A stretch of 64,000 bases of DNA from an uncultured Candidatus Saccharibacteria bacterium (GTDB lineage Bacteria; Patescibacteriota; Doudnabacteria; UBA920), in NCBI GenBank assembly GCA_964631145.1, contig CAZVXT010000002.1, forward strand, positions 1,140-65,139. Direction: 5' to 3'. The notes beneath the pieces are model-generated. The model searched no databases. It worked only from the letters and a program-made list of their open reading frames with translations, and had not been told where the DNA came from. Every line of letters begins with the position of its first letter. The first letter of the stretch is position 1. Shown piece by piece: positions 1 to 7,067 of this stretch. The position numbers and the translations under genes were made by a program.

Positions 1-274
1 CAATACCAGAAATTTCTTTAGCCGCATCACAAAAACGTGCGTAATCTGCCTCCTCCGCTGTGTTTGTAGGTCTTTTTGAGAGGTCAGTTGTTCTAATAAC
101 CATCAATGATTTATTTGGAGCGTATTGATCAAGTAATTTCAAAATCCCTACAATTCGTTTTGAATCATATCGGTTGTGTTGCGAGAAATGAAGTCCTCGA
201 TACTTATCGTCAGAGATTCTTTTTGTAATAAACTCTAACGCTTTATTTCCTTGGTTAATATCAATTAATGCCAT
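1..274 (-). CDS. Hypothetical protein, 5' end only. ATG at 272-274 on the minus strand; the ORF runs open to the window start in a frame different from the upstream MTase. Possibly the partner (e.g. nuclease) of the methyltransferases.
   Basis: Manual translation of the reverse complement of 1..274 gives MALIDINQGNKALEFITKRISDDKYRGLHFSQHNRYDSKRIVGILKLLDQYAPNKSL... with no stop. It is not in the ORF track because it runs off the window edge. Confidence 0.3.
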   Translation of the reverse strand, partial: MALIDINQGNKALEFITKRISDDKYRGLHFSQHNRYDSKRIVGILKLLDQYAPNKSLMVIRTTDLSKRPTNTAEEADYARFCDAAKEISGI

Positions 275-1043
275 ATTCTTTGAGATTCTTTTTTGATAAT
301 TCTACATATTTTTTATCCATGTCTGAACACAGATAATTTCTTTGTAACCTGTTGGCGGCTACAGCAGTAGTACCACTTCCAACAAAACAATCCATAACCA
401 GGTCTCCTTTTTTTGAACTTGCCTTAATAATCCTTTCAACTAGGTCAAGAGGTTTTGGTGTTAAGTGACCCATCTTTTGTGTTTTACCGTTTACCTTTCT
501 TTTATGTCTTTCACTTGTTATGTGCCATACCTCGCCACAAAAACGACCCTCAGGGTTCGGAAACCATCTTTTACCATTTTTTAATATGCCTTTTTCTGCG
601 GCGTGTTGCATTCTTTCTGTCGATTCGTAAGGTATTCGAATATCGTTGTAGTTGAAAGTGTGCTTATTTGATTTTGTAAAAAAAAGTATTGTCTCCTGAC
701 CATTACTATATTTTTTCTTTGAAGCGCCCATACCGTCACGTTTATCCCAAGTTATCCAATTTTGAAATACCATTTTTTTTGAAACTAGATACTGCAAAAT
801 AAAAGCAGAGTTGTACGGCGTATTAAATACGTACAAACTTCCATTACTTTTTAATTTATCAATAACCAAATCAAGCCATGCGTAGGTAAAATCCAAAAAT
901 TCCTTTTGAGACCTGAAAGTATCCCAATCAGCCTTATGCATATTATAAGGTGGGTCAATTACAGCAAGATCAATAGAATTATTATCAACCTTTTTAAGGA
1001 AGTCGAAACAGTCTAGGTTGTAGATTTTATTAATTTCTAGCAT
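261..1043 (-). CDS. Beta-class DNA methyltransferase, N6-adenine type. Motif IV (DPPY) precedes a C-terminal motif I (FxGxG).
   Basis: Protein contains 'LAVIDPPYNM' (DPPY catalytic motif) near the N-terminus and 'DCFVGSGTTAVAA' (AdoMet-binding motif I) near the C-terminus. This order is typical of the PF01555 N6/N4 MTase family. Confidence 0.8.
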   Translation of the reverse strand: MLEINKIYNLDCFDFLKKVDNNSIDLAVIDPPYNMHKADWDTFRSQKEFLDFTYAWLDLVIDKLKSNGSLYVFNTPYNSAFILQYLVSKKMVFQNWITWDKRDGMGASKKKYSNGQETILFFTKSNKHTFNYNDIRIPYESTERMQHAAEKGILKNGKRWFPNPEGRFCGEVWHITSERHKRKVNGKTQKMGHLTPKPLDLVERIIKASSKKGDLVMDCFVGSGTTAVAANRLQRNYLCSDMDKKYVELSKKNLKEYGIN

Positions 1044-1045
1044 AA

Positions 1046-1876
1046 CTAGTCTTTTAATTTTAACTTAATAACCCTTTCATAACTTTTTGATATTTCGTAA
1101 CCTACATACTTTCTCCCTAACTCCTTTGCAACTTTAAGTGTAGTGCCTGAACCAGCAAATGGGTCCAAAACCGTTTCGCCAAAAAAAGTAAATAGTTTTA
1201 CACATCTCCTAACTATTTCCTCAGGCATAATTGCTGAGTGTTCTCCGAAAGCAATATCTCCCTTACCAGGGATCGGGATGTTCCATATTTGTTTCGTAAG
1301 TTCAACCCATTCTTTTTGAGTCAATTTACTTTTTTCTTTTATGTCTTTTGGAACATTATTTTCTGGTTGTCCATCTTTAACAAACACGGTAATAAACTCA
1401 ATTGTATTTTGGGCATAAAAATTACGTGGATATGGATAACTTCCAAACATTAACTTCTTTGAGGGATTGGTTCTATTCCAAATGTATACATCCATCAAAA
1501 AAAGACCTGTACCGTTCAAAATTGAATGTTCAATATCACTATTAATATTAAAAATATGTCTGTTGTAGTGAGTAATTAAATTCTTTTTTAACATCGGCAT
1601 TAACGGAGTATTAACAATTAATTTTCCGTTTGGCTTCAACACTCTTTCACACTCTTTCCAAACCGCTAACATTTCTTTAATATATTTTGAATAGTCAGAA
1701 ATATCTCCAATTTGTCCCTTGGCTTTTGCTGCTTGTTTTTTTTCTTGACGACCATCGAGAGAATAGTCTTTGATATTAAAATACGGTGGACTAGTTACGA
1801 TCAATTGCACAGAGTTATCAGGTAACTCCTTCATGTTTCTCGCATCCTTAAAAAATACTTTGTTGTTATATTCCAT
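1046..1876 (-). CDS. Beta-class DNA methyltransferase, N4-cytosine or N6-adenine type, with an SPPY motif.
   Basis: 'LIVTSPPYFN' (SPPY motif IV) is N-terminal and 'DPFAGSGTTLKVA' (motif I) is C-terminal. It lies 3 nt from the adjacent MTase and on the same strand. Confidence 0.8.
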   Translation of the reverse strand: MEYNNKVFFKDARNMKELPDNSVQLIVTSPPYFNIKDYSLDGRQEKKQAAKAKGQIGDISDYSKYIKEMLAVWKECERVLKPNGKLIVNTPLMPMLKKNLITHYNRHIFNINSDIEHSILNGTGLFLMDVYIWNRTNPSKKLMFGSYPYPRNFYAQNTIEFITVFVKDGQPENNVPKDIKEKSKLTQKEWVELTKQIWNIPIPGKGDIAFGEHSAIMPEEIVRRCVKLFTFFGETVLDPFAGSGTTLKVAKELGRKYVGYEISKSYERVIKLKLKD

Positions 1877-1880
1877 AAAA

Positions 1881-2087
1881 TTATTTTTTCAATTGCTTTT
1901 TTGCAATTTTCACATTTGAGGTTATTTGCAAAAAAATCTCAAGGTCTTTTTCATTAATTCTCCAATAGCCGACCTTTGATGCTTTTAATTTGCCCTCATG
2001 AATGTAGCGAAATACAGAGCGTTCACTAACACGGAGAACCTCTGCAACTTCTTTTGTATTAAGAAATTTTGTAGTCATATTTTTCAT
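1881..2087 (-). CDS. Excisionase / MerR-type HTH DNA-binding protein (Xis-like).
   Basis: 'LNTKEVAEVLRVSERSVFRYIHEGKLKASKVGYWRINEKDLEIFL' is a classic HTH_17/excisionase-family signature. The likely start is MKNMTTKF (ATG at 2085-2087), preceded by AGGAGG 7 nt upstream; the track ORF starts 15 codons earlier. Confidence 0.6.
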   Translation of the reverse strand: MKNMTTKFLNTKEVAEVLRVSERSVFRYIHEGKLKASKVGYWRINEKDLEIFLQITSNVKIAKKQLKK

Positions 2088-2150
2088 TTGGTCTCCTCCT
2101 TCCATTTTAACTTTTATGAAAACATATGTCAAAGTGTGTCATATTGTTTC

Positions 2151-2179
2151 TTGATTAAATAATACGGTGGAGTTATAAT
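2151..2179 (+). promoter_or_regulatory. Sigma-70-like promoter, TTGATT-17-TATAAT, driving the GC-rich RNA and cargo genes.
   Basis: ttgatt (2151-2156), a 17-nt spacer, then tataat (2174-2179). It is divergent from the Xis-like gene. Confidence 0.4.
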
Positions 2180-2186
2180 AAATATG

Positions 2187-2340
2187 CTACCCATAGAAAT
2201 TATCGTACCCGCATAGGGCAGACGCACGTTTTTTGTGTCCAACATAGTTGTGACCAAAGACGGGCAACTGTCCCTGCCACAACTACGCCCTTGCGGCGAT
2301 AGTCTCTGTGGGTAGCCAGGTCAACGGTTGCCCCTTTTTT
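2187..2340 (+). ncRNA. Candidate structured sRNA or cis-acting leader of ~155 nt. It is GC-rich, has a closing 12-bp stem, and ends in an intrinsic terminator.
   Basis: It begins 7 nt after the -10 element. The 5' gctacccataga pairs with the 3' tctgtgggtagc (G-U compatible), and tagttgtg pairs with cacaacta. It ends with gggcaac...gttgcccc+TTTTTT at 2326-2340. GC content is far above the ~33% surroundings. There is no ORF. Confidence 0.35.
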
Positions 2341-2396
2341 GTAATTAGTTAGGCGTACCGATAACTTGATTAATAATTAAAGTTATTCAAACGTCT

Positions 2397-2900
2397 ATGA
2401 AAAATATAATAAAAAATTTGGCGATTACATTTTTATTTGTCGCCATTATGTATGTTTTGTTTGCCTTTGAGAAAGACCTACTTCTTAAAATCGTATTTAT
2501 TTTATTCTTGATTTTTGTTGCAGATTGGATTTGGAGGGTTGTACAAAAAGAACGCATAAAAAATCCTGATTACGTTGCAAAACAGGTAGCAAAAAGTCTC
2601 AAAAAATGGAGAGAGGATGCTAAGTTTTGGATTGATAGACAGAACCCTGAATATATTCAAGCCAACAACCAATTTAATGAATTTGAATCAATATATTTCA
2701 AACTTTGGGAAAAGTTCCTTCATGACAAAAATAAACGACTTGAAATAGTTAGAGACTGGGCAACCTTTATCGAATCGCAGTTAAAAGCATTGGCTATTAA
2801 CTCAGACGACATAGATCCTGAATCAAAAAAGAAGTATGGCTATTTGCAAATAAGGATTGAGGAAATAAAAAAGCGTTTTGATAAGTTGAATAAGGAATAA
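2397..2900 (+). CDS. Hypothetical membrane protein with two N-terminal transmembrane helices and a cytoplasmic helical domain. It is cargo of the integrative element.
   Basis: 167-aa ORF. The N-terminus 'LAITFLFVAIMYVLFAF...IVFILFLIFVADWIW' is hydrophobic. No recognisable family. Confidence 0.55.
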   Translation: MKNIIKNLAITFLFVAIMYVLFAFEKDLLLKIVFILFLIFVADWIWRVVQKERIKNPDYVAKQVAKSLKKWREDAKFWIDRQNPEYIQANNQFNEFESIYFKLWEKFLHDKNKRLEIVRDWATFIESQLKALAINSDDIDPESKKKYGYLQIRIEEIKKRFDKLNKE

Positions 2901-2956
2901 TTTGCCCCAGGGCAAATGTTCGATAAATACTACGTAAAATAGTAAAATGAAGTGAT

Positions 2957-3841
2957 ATGGGTGCAGATTTAACCAAACCTAAATTAACCATTGCCGAAGT
3001 TTCTATGGGTTATACAAAACCTGTGGACCGTTCGGATCGAATGCTTATTGACCTTAAGCGTCTTTTGATTTTATTAAAAGATGAATCATTTTTTAACACG
3101 ATAGATAATTTGTGGTCAAAATTAAAACTCCCTGAGTTGGCGGCCCAGGAGGACTTGGAAAACAAAGGATTAGTAACCCTACCACATCGAGTTGGTATTA
3201 ATTCAAAATACTTAAATTCTATTTCAGTAGATGCTAGAGAGACGATCGAAAAAGAAGTTTATTCAAAAGTACTAAAGAAGTATGAATTGAGTTTTAATTT
3301 TTATCCTTTTATTGAATTTTATTTACTTTATCACTCACTCCTGAGGTTAAGAGAACCTATTTCGCCAGTACAGCCAAATCCCAAAATGTATAACCTATAC
3401 AAGAAATATCCTCTTGAGTTTTTAAGGAATCCTCACACGACAAGCGATATCAATTTTTTCATAATGAAAGCAAAAACAGCAATGTCTTTACATAAATACA
3501 AAGCAGATAAAGACGACCTTTCGCTATTGCGAGATTTGAAAACTATTCTACAAATTAACAAAAACAAAGAACGTGGCGGTAGTATTGAAAAAATAAATAA
3601 ATTCTTAATAGCCTTAAAATCTATCGAAGTTCATGGTAAGGAAATCGGTAGAGATTGTGATGGTAGAAAAGTCATAAACACATATGCAATGCTATCGGCA
3701 GATTTTATTCCATTGGATTTTGAACTGATACCAGGTAACAACCTTTCAATTTTTAAGAAAAAGCAAAAACTAGAATCTGATAACTTAAGAAAAGCAATAC
3801 AAAGAGCAGAAAAGTTAAAGAATAAATTACTAAAAAATTAA
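2957..3841 (+). CDS. Hypothetical cytoplasmic protein, cargo of the integrative element, with no recognisable domain.
   Basis: 294-aa ORF located 57 nt after the previous gene and on the same strand. A terminator follows at 3873-3898. Confidence 0.55.
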   Translation: MGADLTKPKLTIAEVSMGYTKPVDRSDRMLIDLKRLLILLKDESFFNTIDNLWSKLKLPELAAQEDLENKGLVTLPHRVGINSKYLNSISVDARETIEKEVYSKVLKKYELSFNFYPFIEFYLLYHSLLRLREPISPVQPNPKMYNLYKKYPLEFLRNPHTTSDINFFIMKAKTAMSLHKYKADKDDLSLLRDLKTILQINKNKERGGSIEKINKFLIALKSIEVHGKEIGRDCDGRKVINTYAMLSADFIPLDFELIPGNNLSIFKKKQKLESDNLRKAIQRAEKLKNKLLKN

Positions 3842-3872
3842 GTTCCACTTAGCGAATGAGCCGCTTGATATA

Positions 3873-3898
3873 ACTCCAGTATGAGACTGGAGTTTTTT
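3873..3898 (+). terminator. Intrinsic terminator.
   Basis: actccagt-atgag-actggag followed by TTTTTT. Confidence 0.6.
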
Positions 3899-4189
3899 CT
3901 TGTCTCAAGACGTCGGGTGCAAAGTGGATCTATTCCACTTCCGAGAAAAGGTCAACTGCACCCTGATCTCTATCGGAAGTGAAATAGGTCCATTTTCTAT
4001 TTCACCCAAATGACTAAAAGGTCGAAAAACATATGGTAAGCGATAAAGCACTACAAGAACTAAAAGAAGTATTCCAATTGGAAAAAGGATACATTCCTGA
4101 GGAAAAGGAATTAGTGCTTTATGCTACCAAATTATTAACCCTAATGGACCATGTCTTTAAGCCAATAAAAAAGGACTGGGTGCAGAAAC

Positions 4190-4726
4190 ATGAACAACAA
4201 CAAACAGGAAATAAAACCGAACCGTGATAAGCCTGGATACTCAGGTGGTAACACTTGGATTGATAGATTTGAAAGAAAAACTTTCAATGCAAGCGAATCA
4301 TACAAAAGGTTTGATAAATCCATTCTAAGAAAAAAAGATAAAGCTACTCGATTATTCATTGATAATGAATTTATTGAAAAAGGATATCTTGCTGCTTTAC
4401 CTCATCAAACAATATCCGTGTACATGGCACTTATTAAGCACTGCAACACTAAAACCCAAACAGCATTCCCTTCACATAAAACCCTACAAAGACTAGCTGG
4501 GATAAAAAACAAAAATTCACTGATTGCTAGCATCTCAATTCTTGAGGATCTGAACATAATTAAAGTCATAAGAAGTAAAGGAGGTGTGAATTGTTCGAAT
4601 CACTATGGGTTTGTAAATTCTGATTATTGGATAGGGATTAATCCTGCATATCGGTTCAAAAAATTCAGAATCAAACAGTATCAAAATAATAAAGATGAGT
4701 ATCAAAAAGATGATAGCAATGAGTAA
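4190..4726 (+). CDS. Winged-HTH replication-initiator-like protein (phage/plasmid DnaD/RepA-like HTH_36 type).
   Basis: 'ISVYMALIKHCNTKTQTAFPSHKTLQRLAGIKNKNSLIASISILEDLNIIKV' matches the pattern of phage replisome-organiser / replication-initiator wHTH domains. Confidence 0.45.
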   Translation: MNNNKQEIKPNRDKPGYSGGNTWIDRFERKTFNASESYKRFDKSILRKKDKATRLFIDNEFIEKGYLAALPHQTISVYMALIKHCNTKTQTAFPSHKTLQRLAGIKNKNSLIASISILEDLNIIKVIRSKGGVNCSNHYGFVNSDYWIGINPAYRFKKFRIKQYQNNKDEYQKDDSNE

Positions 4727-4810
4727 CAAAATTGATACTCTAACTAACCTAATGAAACTAACCGATTTAACTAACCGAAGTGCAAAAAATTTGCACTGTT
4801 TGGGAAAAAT

Positions 4811-5059
4811 ATGAGACCCAAATGGCTAGAGGAATATCAGAATAGAATCCTTAAAAAGTTCGAGTATCGAAACTTGAATGGAACTTTTGCTAAGGGAAAC
4901 CCAGGAGGTCCTGGCAGACCAAGAGTTGATTTCCTTAAGCGTGCTGGAATTTACCGCAAAGTACCTCTTGAGCATATGTCTCCTGAAATGAGAGAGATAT
5001 CACTTAGAGCAGAACGTGGTGATTACAAGGCACTCAAAATTATTAAAGACTCGTTGTAA
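4811..5059 (+). CDS. Small phage-like protein with a GNPGGPGRPR motif, possibly terminase small-subunit-like or DNA-binding.
   Basis: 82-aa ORF. A 'KGNPGGPGRPR' motif of this kind occurs in terminase small subunits and other phage DNA-binding proteins. Confidence 0.35.
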   Translation: MRPKWLEEYQNRILKKFEYRNLNGTFAKGNPGGPGRPRVDFLKRAGIYRKVPLEHMSPEMREISLRAERGDYKALKIIKDSL

Positions 5060-5247
5060 AAATTGCCCCAGGGCAACAAATAAACCGAGAAAACCGACAA
5101 ATTCATTCCCCCAAGGAAATCAAAATTTGTTCCCAGGAACAAAAATAAACGGTGAAAACGGACAAAATCACACAAAAGTCACTGGAGTTATGCCAATCCA
5201 CTAGACTTCTATTAAAAATTAAGGCATGTTCGTAATAAGAAAACCCT

Positions 5248-6909
5248 ATGAAAAACCCACAAGATAACACAATCAAATACTTTATTTACGCCCGTAAGTC
5301 GAGCGAGGATAAAGAAAAGCAGGTCGCCTCAATTGGTGACCAATTAGAAGTACTAAACAAGGTCGCAAAGCAAAACAAATTAAACATAGTAGAAATTTAT
5401 GAGGAATCACAATCAGCCAAAGAACCAGGCAGACCACAGTTCAATACCATGCTCGCACGAATTGCTAAAGGCGATGCTAATGGGATACTTTGTTGGAAAC
5501 TTGATCGGTTGGCTCGCAATCCTCTTGATGGTGGGCAAATAAACTGGATGGTGCAGAAAGGCATAATTCAAATTATTAAAACCAACGAGAGAGACTACTT
5601 CCCAAGCGATAACGTTCTCATGATGCAAGTTGAGCTAGGAATGGCGAACCAATACTTGCGAGACCTTTCAACTAACGTAAAGAGAGGTTTAGCAAAAAAG
5701 ATACGAGACGGCTGGCTACCAAGTCTTGCACCGATCGGATACTTAAACGATAGAACTAACGAAAAAGGAAACCGTACAATAATGAAAGACCCCGAAAGGT
5801 TTGATATTGTAAGGAGAATTTGGGACCTTGCACTTACTGGAACTTATACAGTCCCACAGTTATGGGAAATAGCCTACAGGGATTTAGGGCTAAGAACAGT
5901 TCAAAGAAAAAACAGTGGTGGTAGACCAATATCAAAAAGCGGAATGTACTCACTACTAACAAACCCTTTTTATTACGGAATGATTCGCTATCCTGAAAAG
6001 ACTGGCGAATTAAACCAGGGCAAACACGAACCAATGATAACGGTCCAAGAATTCGAGCGTGTTCAAGAGATAATGGGCAAACGTGATGCAATACGACCAC
6101 AAAAAGAAACCTTTGCTTTTACAGGGCTAATGAAGTGCGGAAGCTGTGGTTGCTCGATAACTGCCGAGAGTAAAGTAAAGAAATGCAAAAACGGGAATAG
6201 TCACTACTACACGTACTACCACTGCACTAAAAAGAAAGTAGACATTAAATGCGAGGAAAAGTGCGTTGAGGTTAGAAAGTTAGAAGTTATGTTCAAAGAG
6301 AAACTCGCAGATTTACAGATATCAGACGCTTTCAAAGCCTGGGCAATAAAACACTTGCATGAAGTAAGGACCGTGGAAGCAGACAGTAACAAAGTTGCGG
6401 TGAGCGCAGCCTCAAAGGAATTAACCAGCGTATTGGACCAAATACGAGCGTTATCACTTAACTACATGTCTCCGCAAAACATAAACAGATCAATAATGAC
6501 TGAGAGTGAATACCTTGAAATCAAAAACGATTTATTAAAAAAGAAAGGTGCTGCTGAGAATAGAGTTCAATCAACATCAAATGAATTAGAGTCATGGATG
6601 GAATTAAGTGAAAAAACTTTTAACCTCGCATACTATGCAAGCGTTTGGTTTGAAAATGGAACGAATGAGCAACGTAAAGCAATAATGTCTTGTTTAGGCT
6701 CGAACCTCACACTAAAAGACGGAAAAGTCCAACTATACCTGCATCCTTTCCTAGAAACGCTAATTGAAAACAAAAAATCAGTGAGTGTTGAAACGGTCCA
6801 CGCTCGAACCTCCAAAAAGTCAATGATACAAACACAAAACGCCGCTTTCGGCGACGTTTGTACTACTTGGCTCGGGAGCTGGGATTCGAACCCAGGACCG
6901 ATCGGTTAA
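5248..6909 (+). CDS. Large serine recombinase (phage-type integrase). Its 3' end overlaps tRNA-Asn.
   Basis: The N-terminal resolvase catalytic domain is 'YARKSSEDKEKQ...GDQ' with the catalytic Ser and 'LDRLARN'. A recombinase domain and a zinc ribbon 'CGSCGCS...YYHCTKKK' follow. The last ~14 codons lie within the tRNA sequence. Confidence 0.9.
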   Translation: MKNPQDNTIKYFIYARKSSEDKEKQVASIGDQLEVLNKVAKQNKLNIVEIYEESQSAKEPGRPQFNTMLARIAKGDANGILCWKLDRLARNPLDGGQINWMVQKGIIQIIKTNERDYFPSDNVLMMQVELGMANQYLRDLSTNVKRGLAKKIRDGWLPSLAPIGYLNDRTNEKGNRTIMKDPERFDIVRRIWDLALTGTYTVPQLWEIAYRDLGLRTVQRKNSGGRPISKSGMYSLLTNPFYYGMIRYPEKTGELNQGKHEPMITVQEFERVQEIMGKRDAIRPQKETFAFTGLMKCGSCGCSITAESKVKKCKNGNSHYYTYYHCTKKKVDIKCEEKCVEVRKLEVMFKEKLADLQISDAFKAWAIKHLHEVRTVEADSNKVAVSAASKELTSVLDQIRALSLNYMSPQNINRSIMTESEYLEIKNDLLKKKGAAENRVQSTSNELESWMELSEKTFNLAYYASVWFENGTNEQRKAIMSCLGSNLTLKDGKVQLYLHPFLETLIENKKSVSVETVHARTSKKSMIQTQNAAFGDVCTTWLGSWDSNPGPIG

Positions 6910-6942
6910 CAGCCGATAGCTCTACCGCTGAGCTACTCCCGA
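6868..6942 (-). tRNA. tRNA-Asn (anticodon GTT), 75 nt with encoded CCA.
   Basis: The reverse complement is TCGGGAG-TA-GCTC-AGCGGTA-GAGC-T-ATCGG-CTGTTAA-CCGAT-CGGTC-CTGGG-TTCGAAT-CCCAG-CTCCCGA-G-CCA. This is a canonical cloverleaf with a 7-nt anticodon loop and GTT at positions 34-36. Confidence 0.9.
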
Positions 6943-7067
6943 ATATTCAATTTTTTGATCCTTATTATATTACCAAACCTTTATATATTTTTCAATCCCT
7001 GTTTTAACATATGTAAAAAGTCAAATAAATGATATAATTATAATACAAAAAACAGTGTTGTATCGAA

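Larger units (their letters stand above)
1..6942. mobile_element. Integrative phage/satellite-like element at tRNA-Asn. It extends beyond the window start and has a serine integrase at its right edge.
   Basis: The serine recombinase gene ends inside the tRNA 3' half. The element also carries an Xis-like HTH, a Rep-like wHTH, a TerS-like small protein, two orphan-looking MTases, and GC-rich structured segments that contrast with the AT-rich core genome. Confidence 0.6.

Noticed and set aside
455-655. Short ORFs on the opposite strand inside longer genes. Examples: 455..655, 1238..1453, 5413..5628, 5834..6100, 12007..12342, 13336..13680, 17894..18194, 40253..40612, 44398..44610, 56635..57004.
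   Set aside because: They are entirely nested antisense within well-supported genes with clear family signatures. They have no SD or promoter context and low-complexity or odd composition, so they are typical spurious six-frame ORFs.
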